Part shown: in pieces, positions 1 through 9,082 of the stretch
How the letters are laid out: every line of letters begins with the position of its first letter
How positions within the stretch are numbered: position 1 is the stretch's first letter
Source: a virus
Lineage: Duplodnaviria > Caudoviricetes
Strand: one strand, 5' to 3'
Length of the DNA: 34,702 bases
Virus record (IMG/VR): IMGVR_UViG_3300017716_002150
Location: 1-34,702 of that record
Notes under the pieces: model-generated
Databases searched by the model: none
What the model was told of the DNA's origin: nothing
The model's input: the letters and a program-made list of their open reading frames with translations, nothing else
Program-made: the position numbers and the translations under genes

Positions 1-28
1 CCATGTTAATATATAGAAAGGTAATATT

Positions 29-295
29 ATGAAATTGATTAATCCAGAAACTAAGACGTTTAAAGTATTTTCCGCATTGCAAGAAGGTCAAGCATTGACA
101 GCTAGCCAAGCCAAGAAAATGGGCGTGGGCAATTTGTCTGCTGAAGTAACACGTATTCGCCAACACGGTTTTGCTGTTTATGCAAATAATCGTAAAGCTG
201 GCAACGGTGTAAATGTTACCGAATATGTACTCGGTAAGCCAAGCCGCAAAATTGTAGCCGCTGGTTACAAAGCTATTGCTGCTGGTTTAGTTTAA
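29..295 (+). CDS. small basic winged-helix/HTH-like DNA-binding protein
   Basis: 88 aa with AAAGG SD; LTASQAKKMGVGNLSAEVTRIRQHGFAVY resembles a wHTH; followed by a terminator. Confidence 0.55.
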   Translation: MKLINPETKTFKVFSALQEGQALTASQAKKMGVGNLSAEVTRIRQHGFAVYANNRKAGNGVNVTEYVLGKPSRKIVAAGYKAIAAGLV

Positions 296-334
296 TACAC
301 GCCTGAATACCCCATTCGAGGGTATTCCAAATAC

Positions 335-364
335 AGCCCCGAGTGCAATGCTTGGGGCTTTTTC
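335..364 (+). terminator. intrinsic terminator
   Basis: AGCCCCGAGT(335-344)/GCTTGGGGCT(350-359) stem plus T-run; preceded by hairpin GAATACCC(305-312)/GGGTATTC(320-327). Confidence 0.8.
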
Positions 365-369
365 TATGG

Positions 370-398
370 TTGACCGACAATGATATTTTGCGTACAAT
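370..398 (+). promoter_or_regulatory. sigma70-type promoter, leaderless transcript
   Basis: TTGACC-17-TACAAT, ATG 405 lies 6 nt downstream with no SD. Confidence 0.75.
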
Positions 399-404
399 AG
401 TGTT

Positions 405-836
405 ATGATCAAAAAACTCATGCAACGTCTAGGAAGATATAGGGTTATTATGGACCGAGAAGATAACGAACCGTATCTCGAGAGGTATTACATCTTTTTA
501 AAAGATCGTACTTGGTTTCCATTCAACATGTTTGTCCACAAGTTTCTCAAATCAGATCCAGATGAAGTACATGATCATCCATGGCCCTACTGCACCATCA
601 TCTTGCGTGGCGGTTATTGGGAATATCGCCCTGGACGTAGCCTTCCAGAATGGAAAGGTGCCGGAGAAATACGTTTTGGTCGGAGCACAGATTATCATAG
701 GATTGAACTAGAACCCGGAGTTACTCCCTGGACCCTGTTCATTCCGGGACCAAAATTGCGTGATTGGGGATTCCTTGTTAAGAATCGATGGGTCCAACAT
801 GAAGAGTATTTTGAACAACGAAAATTGAATAAGTAA
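405..836 (+). CDS. cupin-fold protein (HDHPW family)
   Basis: HDHPW...GGYWE...YHRIEL metal-binding cupin pattern. Confidence 0.65.
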   Translation: MIKKLMQRLGRYRVIMDREDNEPYLERYYIFLKDRTWFPFNMFVHKFLKSDPDEVHDHPWPYCTIILRGGYWEYRPGRSLPEWKGAGEIRFGRSTDYHRIELEPGVTPWTLFIPGPKLRDWGFLVKNRWVQHEEYFEQRKLNK

Positions 837-845
837 GGATATCAT

Positions 846-1367
846 ATGCCCAATTGGTGTAGTAACCGTGCCGCTATTAGTGGGCCTGCTCCGGTAATTG
901 CTGAAATCAAACAGATCTTAGAAAGTGACGACAAAGCATTGTTGGCTTGGATGGTGCCACAACCCAAGTTTGAAGGTGATCAAGACTGGTATGCGTGGAA
1001 CATTGCCAATTGGGGCACCAAGTGGGATATTTGCGATGTTTACATTGACAACAGTGCAGAAGAAGATTCGATACAGTTTTCGTTTAGTACAGCCTGGGCT
1101 CCACCTGTAGATGCATTCCGCACCTGGGCTGAACAGGATGGGCGTATACAGTTTGCATTGGATTATTGGGAACCAGGTTGCGCTTTTGTGGGTTCGGCCG
1201 ACTATGATGGCGATTACTTGGATGACGATTACGTTGATGGTAATCATGATATAGATGCTTACAGATTAAGAGCCAGTGCAGACTGGGGTTACGAAGAATG
1301 GGAAGAACCCGAGCCCTTGACAGAATGGTACCGACAAGGTGTAGAAGATAAAGGACTAGATAAATGA
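846..1367 (+). CDS. DUF1281/YubB-like ferredoxin-fold phage protein
   Basis: MPNWCSN start, W..ANWGTKWD, F.TAWAPP, EPG motifs. Confidence 0.7.
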   Translation: MPNWCSNRAAISGPAPVIAEIKQILESDDKALLAWMVPQPKFEGDQDWYAWNIANWGTKWDICDVYIDNSAEEDSIQFSFSTAWAPPVDAFRTWAEQDGRIQFALDYWEPGCAFVGSADYDGDYLDDDYVDGNHDIDAYRLRASADWGYEEWEEPEPLTEWYRQGVEDKGLDK

Positions 1368-2167
1368 CCAAAACTATTTTAGCAGCCGGTAGCGGACCCA
1401 GTTATAGCCGATGGCCATACTGGCCGGTTTGGACCAAACTGTTTCCAATGGTGTATTCTGCAAATTTAGTAGATGCATCTGGCCCTGCTGCTGGCAATAA
1501 ATTTTTATATAGGTCGGTGTTAACTAGATTACAAAACTGTACACCTGACCTAGTTTTGATGCAATGGAATTTAGGAAAATTTGATGTTTATGTGGAAAAT
1601 CCACAATTTGTAGATCAAATTATAAATGGTACTGGGGTTAGAAATTTTTTAGTGGATGTACATACCGGAAAAACTACCACTGACGAGGGATATTGGTGTA
1701 GCAGTTACGATAATACAGTACCTTGGAAAAAACAGTATAATGAGCTGGTAAAGACTCAACGAGGAACTGCATTAGATGATTTAGATAGTATGATAAATTT
1801 GCAAAATATTTGTGCAAAAAAAAATATACCTTATAAATTTTTCTTGCACGATGATTTAGATCACGAATATTTTTCAACCGACAATCATATCAAACCCTTG
1901 TACAATGAGGTTGATTGGTCAGCCAATGTATTTCCTAGTGTTCGGGGCATGTACGAACCCCACGAAAGTTATGCGTATAGATTAGAAGGAACGGTTAGAG
2001 GATTTCATTGGGTTCCTAATGCAGACTGGCAGTATTGGTTTGTTACAGAAAAAATGTCTGCATTGACCGAGGAGTTGGGAATAGTTCGAAAAAATAATGG
2101 TGCCACTATTAAAGATTTTTGCCATCAAAAAACCTTAGAATGCTATGATAAAATCGCCGCTAAGTGA
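1364..2167 (+). CDS. SGNH/GDSL-hydrolase-like protein (degenerate)
   Basis: N-terminal GSGPSYS..W, then AAGNKF and DLVLMQW blocks; AT-rich; ATGA overlap. Confidence 0.45.
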   Translation: MTKTILAAGSGPSYSRWPYWPVWTKLFPMVYSANLVDASGPAAGNKFLYRSVLTRLQNCTPDLVLMQWNLGKFDVYVENPQFVDQIINGTGVRNFLVDVHTGKTTTDEGYWCSSYDNTVPWKKQYNELVKTQRGTALDDLDSMINLQNICAKKNIPYKFFLHDDLDHEYFSTDNHIKPLYNEVDWSANVFPSVRGMYEPHESYAYRLEGTVRGFHWVPNADWQYWFVTEKMSALTEELGIVRKNNGATIKDFCHQKTLECYDKIAAK

Positions 2168-2798
2168 TCGAGTTTTTTTGTTTGTGTGTTACGAGTCTGG
2201 GTCTGGTGGCGAAAATTTGTCAACTAAGATATCTAAACTTGAACCATGTATGCCTTTAGAGTTTTACACAACCGAACAAGGTAGAACAATTATAACCAGT
2301 GATTTTTTTGAAAAAGTTTTTTTGTATTCAGTTGCACCTTTTGACACACTATTACAAAAAGCTCAAAATCTGCTACAAAGTAAAGAACTAGTACAAGACA
2401 AAATATTGGTATGTCCTAGTCATTGGGATTTTGATGTGTTGCTACCGTATTTTCCAAACAGTAAATTTGTTAGAATTGTACATGACGATTTAGAATTAAT
2501 GGAGCAAAATCGAATAAACAAGATTCATAATTCAAAATTCTCTAACTTTTTAGAGTTTACAGGATTCTGTTTGTCCTATGTTGAGCACGACACATTGGGT
2601 GAGTTACTAAAACAAAAGAAGATAACTTTTGACATGCAAATTGGCGAAATAGTAGCGGTATTAAATGATTATAGAATTGGGTCAACCGAATCCAAGTTTA
2701 ACCACAACATTATGGTTGACCACAAACAGGTTTTTAACGTACTATATAATACTTTCGAAATAAATCAAACACAAATTTTGAATTTTATTTTGAAATAA
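2145..2798 (+). CDS. hypothetical protein, possible sulfotransferase-like P-loop fold
   Basis: FVCYESGSGGENL near the N-terminus; AT-rich. Confidence 0.35.
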   Translation: MIKSPLSDRVFLFVCYESGSGGENLSTKISKLEPCMPLEFYTTEQGRTIITSDFFEKVFLYSVAPFDTLLQKAQNLLQSKELVQDKILVCPSHWDFDVLLPYFPNSKFVRIVHDDLELMEQNRINKIHNSKFSNFLEFTGFCLSYVEHDTLGELLKQKKITFDMQIGEIVAVLNDYRIGSTESKFNHNIMVDHKQVFNVLYNTFEINQTQILNFILK

Positions 2799-2814
2799 AT
2801 CAAGGATAAAAATT

Positions 2815-3162
2815 ATGGAAATCGTATTAGGAATTTTTGTGGGCATGGGCTTTGCTGGCCTGCTGATATATTTGTACGTTCGCAGATTGGTTCGAGAAGT
2901 CATGGCAGAATTAGACCAGCACATTGAACGAGCCGCTAGTACCTTAATGCCCGTGATTGTGGAGCGTGAAAACAATCAACTGTTTTGTTATGCCAAAGAA
3001 GACCATCAATTTATTTGCCAAGGTACCACAGTGGCAGAAATCCGTGCGGCATTTGCCCAACGCTTTCCAGACAAGACAGCTTACTTAGACGGCGGCGACC
3101 CCGAGTTGGTTGAAGAACTCAGAGCAGAACTCCAAAAGGATTTGCATGCTAAAGTGGATTAA
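2815..3162 (+). CDS. hypothetical protein with N-terminal TM anchor
   Basis: AAGGA SD, hydrophobic first 23 aa. Confidence 0.7.
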   Translation: MEIVLGIFVGMGFAGLLIYLYVRRLVREVMAELDQHIERAASTLMPVIVERENNQLFCYAKEDHQFICQGTTVAEIRAAFAQRFPDKTAYLDGGDPELVEELRAELQKDLHAKVD

Positions 3163-3328
3163 GTATTCTGGTGCCAGTATTATTGTAACATTGAACCCTA
3201 TGCATTGGAGTTTGATTCCACGAGCACAGAAAGATTATAATGAGTGGGCAGGTCCCAATGAGTGGACTGGTTCCGTGACTTGGCTAGGGCTGACCATTCG
3301 AGTATGGATAGATGACGGGAGTTGGTAA
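3146..3328 (+). CDS. hypothetical Trp-rich protein
   Basis: ATG 3146 with AAGGA SD (track starts at 3110). Confidence 0.6.
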   Translation: MLKWIKYSGASIIVTLNPMHWSLIPRAQKDYNEWAGPNEWTGSVTWLGLTIRVWIDDGSW

Positions 3329-3329
3329 T

Positions 3330-3509
3330 ATGACAGATATTGCAATTACAGATACTGATAAACCACTGGATGGTTGCGAAACAGTTGAATTACGCCTGGA
3401 TCGTGAGGAATTGTATCTACTCATGCTTGCGGCACACGAAAGAGATATTACGCTAAATCAGTTGGTAGAAGAGATGTTGCGACAGTATATTAAGGAACAT
3501 AAAGAATGA
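3330..3509 (+). CDS. ribbon-helix-helix/HicB-like DNA-binding protein
   Basis: VELRL..E.....AA.ERDITLNQLVEEML pattern; GGAG SD before ATG 3330. Confidence 0.6.
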   Translation: MTDIAITDTDKPLDGCETVELRLDREELYLLMLAAHERDITLNQLVEEMLRQYIKEHKE

Positions 3510-3703
3510 ACGAGAAAATTAAACAACTTGCTGAACAGGCTGGCATCGATATCACTGATCTTGAAAATTGCCCCGTTGAACTATACGGAGCTGAACAACA
3601 ATTGACTAAGTTCGCCGAGCTGATTGTTCGAGAATGCTTAGATAATTGTATGGCAGCTAATGATCAAGACAGAATTAGAGAACATTTCGGAGTTGAAGAA
3701 TGA
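3506..3703 (+). CDS. hypothetical phage protein
   Basis: MNEKIKQLAEQAG...KFAELIVREC...IREHFGVEE; ATGA overlaps on both sides. Confidence 0.7.
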   Translation: MNEKIKQLAEQAGIDITDLENCPVELYGAEQQLTKFAELIVRECLDNCMAANDQDRIREHFGVEE

Positions 3704-4341
3704 AAGTTTATACCAGCAAATATCGTAATCATTGGCTCAGTCCTTATGTTGTCCTTACGGCTGTATGTTTTTGGGAAAAGGATGTAGATCGTATCTACAA
3801 TCTCAACGACGACGCCAACAATCCTTATGAGCCCTGGGTTAAAGTTTTAAACCCCATATGCCGGGTACTACAAAAATTCCTAGACTTGGTGCATCCCCGC
3901 ATTGAGTATATCAAACTAGATCGTTGGGATACCTGGAGTTTTGATAATACACTAGCTGAAATCATCCTGCCTGGGTTAAAGCAGTTACGAGAAACCAAAC
4001 ACGGTGCTCCGTATACTGATGACAAGGATGTTCCTAAACACTTGCGCAGCACCGAAGCTGAGCCCAAGGAAAACGAGTGGGACACCGACAGCTTGCATTT
4101 TCAGCGTTGGGATTGGATCCTAGATGAAATGATTTGGGCCTTTGAACAAAAGGTCGACGACGATGCTGATAGCGAGTTCTTTGACCGTTCGGAATGTGAT
4201 GATGTAAAATTCCCATGGGACAAGAATGGTCAGTATGTGGGCAAGGTCAAGTATGACAAGAAAGGCCATGCTGCTTGGCAGAAGCGTAAAGCAAATGGAT
4301 TCCGTTTGTTTGGCCGGTACTACGAAAATCTTTGGGATTAA
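3700..4341 (+). CDS. conserved hypothetical phage protein
   Basis: 213 aa, translationally coupled, ends GFRLFGRYYENLWD. Confidence 0.75.
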   Translation: MKVYTSKYRNHWLSPYVVLTAVCFWEKDVDRIYNLNDDANNPYEPWVKVLNPICRVLQKFLDLVHPRIEYIKLDRWDTWSFDNTLAEIILPGLKQLRETKHGAPYTDDKDVPKHLRSTEAEPKENEWDTDSLHFQRWDWILDEMIWAFEQKVDDDADSEFFDRSECDDVKFPWDKNGQYVGKVKYDKKGHAAWQKRKANGFRLFGRYYENLWD

Positions 4342-4848
4342 ATGACCAATAAGAAAAAGTCTAATCTTGCAGATGGGCGTGACAGCCGGGACATGCAGGT
4401 AGGGGATAGCCTGGTTGAGTTTATCAACCGCAATGCTACCCCTTATCCTGTAGAAGTAGGTGGGCCAGCATTTGACCTAATTCCTGTAGAAAAGCAAAAG
4501 GACATCATGGTCAATGTTGCCCGTATGCATGCCAAACAGGAATACAGTCGTATCATGGAGTTGGTGGCCGTGCTACAGAGGCAAGCTGACGAAGTACGCA
4601 CAAGGTTAGATATCACAGATCTTGTGCATGCGGCAAAGTATGAGTTTCAGATTTATCATGGACAGTGTTATTGGTTGATTCGAGATCATCGCAAAGGTGG
4701 TACAAGATTGACACAAACAGGTCCTACAGGTTGGACAACAGGTGGGCCAGAAGAATACGAATATATTTGTCGTGTCAAATGGCTGGGTGATTACACATGG
4801 GTGGAAGTAGATGAAGAGGGCAACGATGTCTGGACAGAGCGTTTTTGA
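4342..4848 (+). CDS. DUF2452-like protein
   Basis: PYPVEVGGPAF...GQCYWL...DYTW pattern. Confidence 0.55.
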   Translation: MTNKKKSNLADGRDSRDMQVGDSLVEFINRNATPYPVEVGGPAFDLIPVEKQKDIMVNVARMHAKQEYSRIMELVAVLQRQADEVRTRLDITDLVHAAKYEFQIYHGQCYWLIRDHRKGGTRLTQTGPTGWTTGGPEEYEYICRVKWLGDYTWVEVDEEGNDVWTERF

Positions 4849-5083
4849 AGGTATGGTAACAGCAATGCAACGAGGGCACACCCCACTAAAGACATGGTCG
4901 GGCAAAATTGATCCCGAAGAGTATGCTCAATGGAAAGAAGATTTTATATGGGAAGCCCTGCATGGGCAACGCTACGGGCAAAGTTTTTGCAATCGCTTTG
5001 GCCTTCACGACAATCACTTATTTTACAATACCGGTGGTGTAGACTGGGCCGACGAGTATATTAGAAAGACCTACATTGACTGA
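4826..5083 (+). CDS. hypothetical protein
   Basis: ORF with GQRYGQSFCNRF; start uncertain. Confidence 0.6.
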   Translation: MSGQSVFEGMVTAMQRGHTPLKTWSGKIDPEEYAQWKEDFIWEALHGQRYGQSFCNRFGLHDNHLFYNTGGVDWADEYIRKTYID

Positions 5084-5303
5084 TCCTAAGTACAATCATC
5101 CAGTTACTGTGTGGCACCGGCAATCAATCACCAGAGAACTTAGTGTTCCGGAATGGGATACCATATCGATATACACTATAGAAACCTTTGGTATGCCTGG
5201 AGACCGGTATGTGGTGGACATGAACATGGACCGTATGATTTGGAACTTTCGAGATTCACGAGATGCACTTATGTTTAAATTACGTTGGAGTGAAGTATGT
5301 TAA
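5076..5303 (+). CDS. hypothetical protein (C-terminal F..xxDAxxFxLxW family)
   Basis: TTG start; ends WNFRDSRDALMFKLRWS. Confidence 0.65.
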   Translation: MTDPKYNHPVTVWHRQSITRELSVPEWDTISIYTIETFGMPGDRYVVDMNMDRMIWNFRDSRDALMFKLRWSEVC

Positions 5304-5728
5304 AAACTAGATTGTATTTTGCGTATGGTGCAAATATGAGCATGGACGCAATGTCATGGCGATGTCCGGCAGCACGTCCAATTGGTGCATTTACTTTAAA
5401 GGATTGGACTTTAGAATTTTACAGCCATGCCAATATTCGTCCTGAAACAGGCAAGGAGGTTCACGGAGTACTTTGGGCAATTACCGAAGATTGTGAACAA
5501 TCGTTGGATGCATTTGAAGGATTCCCAGATTACTATACTAAGAAATCCTGGGTTCAAGATGGACGTCATATTATGTTTTATGAGATGGAAGATTTTAAAC
5601 GAGGCCAACCTACATTGGGCTACATAAGTGATATAAGGAGTTCATATCACCACTGGCATCTGCCAGTTGAGTATCTTGATCAAATAGTTGATGCCACAGT
5701 TAAAAAGACGACAACCGAATACATTTAA
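5297..5728 (+). CDS. gamma-glutamylcyclotransferase (AIG2-like) protein
   Basis: LYFAYGANM, V.GVLW.I, LDAFEG..Y motifs. Confidence 0.85.
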   Translation: MLKTRLYFAYGANMSMDAMSWRCPAARPIGAFTLKDWTLEFYSHANIRPETGKEVHGVLWAITEDCEQSLDAFEGFPDYYTKKSWVQDGRHIMFYEMEDFKRGQPTLGYISDIRSSYHHWHLPVEYLDQIVDATVKKTTTEYI

Positions 5729-5951
5729 ACAGCCTGTGGACTTTGAGGATAAAGAAAGTTTTACATTTGCTAAAGAGATAGTTAAACCATTTGGTGCTAT
5801 CGAAAGTGTATTAGATTGGTCTAAACAAGAGCTGGTTGGCGAATGGCGCTGGCAACTTGTGGAAATAAGTTCAGAACGCCGTCCTGGTCGTTATATATTC
5901 TACTTTGAAAGTGAACGCGATTATCTAGCATTTTTATTAAAATGCTCTTAG
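5691..5951 (+). CDS. hypothetical protein (same C-terminal family as 5076-5303)
   Basis: ends YIFYFESERDYLAFLLKCS. Confidence 0.65.
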   Translation: MPQLKRRQPNTFKQPVDFEDKESFTFAKEIVKPFGAIESVLDWSKQELVGEWRWQLVEISSERRPGRYIFYFESERDYLAFLLKCS

Positions 5952-6002
5952 GTTAGTACACACTAACATAAGGTTGACCAGAAATTCCGTTCTTGTTATA
6001 AT
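5952..6002 (+). promoter_or_regulatory. sigma70-type promoter with upstream GTTAG-N6-CTAAC palindrome
   Basis: palindrome 5952-5967; TTGACC(5974)-17-TATAAT(5997) with extended TG. Confidence 0.8.
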
Positions 6003-6032
6003 ATTAATATAATAAGAAATAAGGAGTTTGAA

Positions 6033-6245
6033 ATGGTTAAAACAAAATTACAATTACGTGGTCGCATGGTAGTAGATGCAACAGTTGATGGAATCGACAT
6101 GACGGATTACCCGGACTTTTGCGATGCTTACTTTGACTCTGCCGTTTATGAAGATGGTACAGCACTCACAGATGATGAGCTAATTGAACTCACAGACACA
6201 AATTTTGATCTATTGCACGAGATGGTATATGACACCATCTACTAA
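6033..6245 (+). CDS. acidic hypothetical phage protein
   Basis: AAGGAG SD; DGIDMTDYPDFCDAY. Confidence 0.75.
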   Translation: MVKTKLQLRGRMVVDATVDGIDMTDYPDFCDAYFDSAVYEDGTALTDDELIELTDTNFDLLHEMVYDTIY

Positions 6246-6369
6246 TCAACCTCGCAAAACAAGGGTACATAATGTGTTGTTTTTTCGCGACACCCCTTTC
6301 AAACCCCAGCGTGTAGAGCTTAAAACACGCTATAAACGTCAGCCAAAACACCGTTTACAAAACGGTTGA
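6229..6369 (+). CDS. small basic protein, ArfA-like
   Basis: 46 aa from ATG 6229; LF..D.PF...RVE.K..Y.R..KH resembles ArfA. Confidence 0.45.
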   Translation: MTPSTNQPRKTRVHNVLFFRDTPFKPQRVELKTRYKRQPKHRLQNG

Positions 6370-6394
6370 CCAGAAAAGGTCCATTTGTTATACT
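6366..6394 (+). promoter_or_regulatory. sigma70-type promoter
   Basis: TTGACC-17-TATACT, extended TG. Confidence 0.8.
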
Positions 6395-6424
6395 AGCATT
6401 ATAGTGAATAAAAAGGAGCAGAAG

Positions 6425-6775
6425 ATGACAACAGAAATCAACAACATTATTCAAGTCAATAACATTGTAAACGAAGCCAAATTGGCTGCCCGCGAAGCCG
6501 CTGAAAAGTTTTTTCAAGAGAAGTTAGGTGGTGTGGATCAATACTCGTGTGGTTTTGCCTGGGTAGACATTTACGGTGTCAAAGGCAACACTCGTTTGGG
6601 CAAGGCTTTCAAGGCCGCAGGCGTTCGCAAGAGCTATACCGGCAGTTACCAGATTTGGAATCCAGCAGGACTTGGTGTGCAGAACATTGACACCTTAGAA
6701 GCAGGTGCAGAGGCAGCCGCCAAGGTGTTTGAGAAATATGGTTTCCGTGCTTATGCTGGTAGCCGTTTAGACTAA
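6425..6775 (+). CDS. conserved hypothetical phage protein
   Basis: AAGGAG SD before ATG 6425; CGFAWV motif. Confidence 0.75.
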   Translation: MTTEINNIIQVNNIVNEAKLAAREAAEKFFQEKLGGVDQYSCGFAWVDIYGVKGNTRLGKAFKAAGVRKSYTGSYQIWNPAGLGVQNIDTLEAGAEAAAKVFEKYGFRAYAGSRLD

Positions 6776-6784
6776 GGGGCGAAA

Positions 6785-7180
6785 ATGAAATTGTTCAAGC
6801 GTAAAACTAAAGAAGTTAGTATGCCCGAAGTAGATCTACGAAACTTTCGTTTTCTAGGTGAAGAAGCAGAAGTATTGGGTCTTAGGTTAGACGCGGCTCG
6901 TAAGAGTCTAGCAGAAAGTACTACACCATGGGCCAAAAATCATTGGACCAAGACTGTAGAGCAGTTAGTAGCGCAGTGGCGTCGTTTGCCAATATTACAT
7001 GATGCAGATGCTAAGATGCAGGTAATACCTAGATGGACTGTGGACTACAACTTTTATGAGTTAAGCGATGAACCTGTTACTAGATTATTTGATATAGACC
7101 ATTTTTATAACCGCAGTCACCCAGATCTTACTTGGTCTTGGGAAAACAATCGAGCACAACGTCTAGCACGGGCACAATAA
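6785..7180 (+). CDS. hypothetical protein
   Basis: 131 aa, AAGGGG SD. Confidence 0.7.
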   Translation: MKLFKRKTKEVSMPEVDLRNFRFLGEEAEVLGLRLDAARKSLAESTTPWAKNHWTKTVEQLVAQWRRLPILHDADAKMQVIPRWTVDYNFYELSDEPVTRLFDIDHFYNRSHPDLTWSWENNRAQRLARAQ

Positions 7181-7189
7181 GGAAAAATT

Positions 7190-7402
7190 ATGAATATCAA
7201 AAAACTTTTTTTATCAATTATTGCTATACTTGTTTTAGTGTTTGCGGTTGCATTTACAACTTATACACTTACTCCCGAAAGTCCAGTAATAATGCCAGAC
7301 GTCAAAAAAACCAGCGACTATCAACGTCCTGTAAGAGAAGGCAACTGTTGGCGTCAGTTTATTGGTACTGGTACCAAAGACAGCATCTTGGTGTGTCATT
7401 AA
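7190..7402 (+). CDS. small secreted/membrane protein
   Basis: AAGGA SD, signal-peptide-like N-terminus, two Cys. Confidence 0.65.
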   Translation: MNIKKLFLSIIAILVLVFAVAFTTYTLTPESPVIMPDVKKTSDYQRPVREGNCWRQFIGTGTKDSILVCH

Positions 7403-7415
7403 TATGGAGACTAAA

Positions 7416-7580
7416 ATGAGAAAGAAATTTACTGGACCTGATGGTAAAATTTTTGTTGTAGAAGAAGTTGTACAAACCCCAGCAGGGTTGACTGTGTTTT
7501 ACATTAATGAAACAACCAAAGAAAAGTATTCTTGTTTGATTGATGCGTTCAGTGAACGCTTTAAGGAGTTAGCAGAATGA
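7416..7580 (+). CDS. small hypothetical protein
   Basis: GGAG SD before ATG 7416. Confidence 0.6.
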   Translation: MRKKFTGPDGKIFVVEEVVQTPAGLTVFYINETTKEKYSCLIDAFSERFKELAE

Positions 7581-7771
7581 TGACCGAAGAACGCCTAATG
7601 GTAGCAGAAGCAGTGTTTAATGGACAGATTGGCGAAGAACATTTAACACAGGCCGAAATTGATGAATTTTTTGAAATAGTATGTGATGCAGCCACTGAAG
7701 CTCTGCTAGTAGATGCTGTGGCACGTGGCAAGAGTGTGTTTGATGGCATCGAAGGAGATACCTTGCAGTAG
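7577..7771 (+). CDS. acidic hypothetical protein
   Basis: ATGA overlap, AAGGAG SD. Confidence 0.7.
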   Translation: MMTEERLMVAEAVFNGQIGEEHLTQAEIDEFFEIVCDAATEALLVDAVARGKSVFDGIEGDTLQ

Positions 7772-7774
7772 AGG

Positions 7775-7816
7775 TTGACTAGAATTGTAGTAAATAGTAA
7801 AGTAGTAACTGTAGTA
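7775..7816 (+). promoter_or_regulatory. promoter region (sigma70-like plus nested TAAATA) with GTAGTA repeats
   Basis: TTGACT(7775)-17-TAAAGT(7798); TAAATA 7791; (G/A)TAGTA at 7787, 7794, 7802, 7811. Confidence 0.5.
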
Positions 7817-7878
7817 TAAATTACCAATGGATCTGCTAATGGCTACGCCGGAGGAAATCACAACTTGAAAGAAATAAC

Positions 7879-9081
7879 ATGACAACAAATTTTATTAGTC
7901 CTGCTATTCCGCAATCATATGCGGCACAGCAAAATGCACAGTATAGTCATACCGGCTCAAAGTATGTTGATTTGAATCAACGATTCAATGATACTATGTC
8001 TGCACTCGAACCCATGAAGGCCGCAGGTGTTCGTAGTCAAATCAAGAATGCTATTAAAGTATTCCAAAAAAATAATCCGCACATTAAATGTTTTCAAGAC
8101 CTGAAGTTATGTAAGGCGGGTGAAACACCCATGGCAGATATTTTAATTGATATTACTATTCAGCGGATCTTGAATCTAACTTGGGTGATTGAAATTATTA
8201 AAAATTTCCGCGAACCCCAGGCCGATCCGATTAAACTGTATGAAGTTATTCCTGGGGGTGACTTAGAAGATTACTATCCTGTAGGTACCAAACTATTTGC
8301 TAGTTGGGATGCTCAGCATACTGCTATTGTTTATTGGATTATTGCGGTAATGATTTTTGGACAAGATCCACGCAAAGTAATGGTTCCAACCATTGAGTAT
8401 TTTGTAAAAAATCGTTCTGAAATCCGCGAAAACTTTGTAAGTGGTAATAGCGACATTGGTAAATTACGCCTGGACTCAATCGACTTGTTCCGCCAAATGG
8501 TACTAGGTGTGCGCCTAGATGGTAATACAAAATCAGAGTGGGTTGAGGCAGAACTTAAACAACAGTATCTTGAGCAAGCTGGTTTGTTTGTAACAGCAGA
8601 AAAGTTTGGGGATACTCACATGCCAGGCGCTATCAGTCGTATGGCAGAGATTGACAAGTATACCAGTGATATTATTCGCAAGTTCTGCATGTACACTACT
8701 ACCATTCCTACCAAACGTAATATTGTTTCGCAGGAAATTGAGATCATGTGTGCTTGGTTTAGTATGGCTAAAGAAAGCGGTATTGACTACACCGATGACG
8801 AAGTTATCAGTTTAGGCGATCATTTACACGAGTTGTTTGACGCCGACTTTCACGAAAGTAGTGATTTCTGGATTAAAGTTCGTAAGGCATATGATAACTG
8901 GTGGACTAAACATTATGACGAAGTTCCGGCAAGCCATCGTCCTAAAAACACCAAGATGTCAAAGAACTGGAACACAGGTGGCACGTTTATCTGGCATCAG
9001 TTGAATAAGACCTGGAACGGACCTATTCCAAAGCTCAATGCTTCTACTCCGTTTATTCCTGCTAAAAAGGATTTATACTAA
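7879..9081 (+). CDS. ParB/Srx-fold DGQHR-like domain protein
   Basis: IDITIQR...IIKNF...SWDAQHT matches the (Y)QR...DGQH(R/T) signature of DndB/DUF262/DUF6551-type domains. Confidence 0.6.
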   Translation: MTTNFISPAIPQSYAAQQNAQYSHTGSKYVDLNQRFNDTMSALEPMKAAGVRSQIKNAIKVFQKNNPHIKCFQDLKLCKAGETPMADILIDITIQRILNLTWVIEIIKNFREPQADPIKLYEVIPGGDLEDYYPVGTKLFASWDAQHTAIVYWIIAVMIFGQDPRKVMVPTIEYFVKNRSEIRENFVSGNSDIGKLRLDSIDLFRQMVLGVRLDGNTKSEWVEAELKQQYLEQAGLFVTAEKFGDTHMPGAISRMAEIDKYTSDIIRKFCMYTTTIPTKRNIVSQEIEIMCAWFSMAKESGIDYTDDEVISLGDHLHELFDADFHESSDFWIKVRKAYDNWWTKHYDEVPASHRPKNTKMSKNWNTGGTFIWHQLNKTWNGPIPKLNASTPFIPAKKDLY

Positions 9082-9082
9082 T

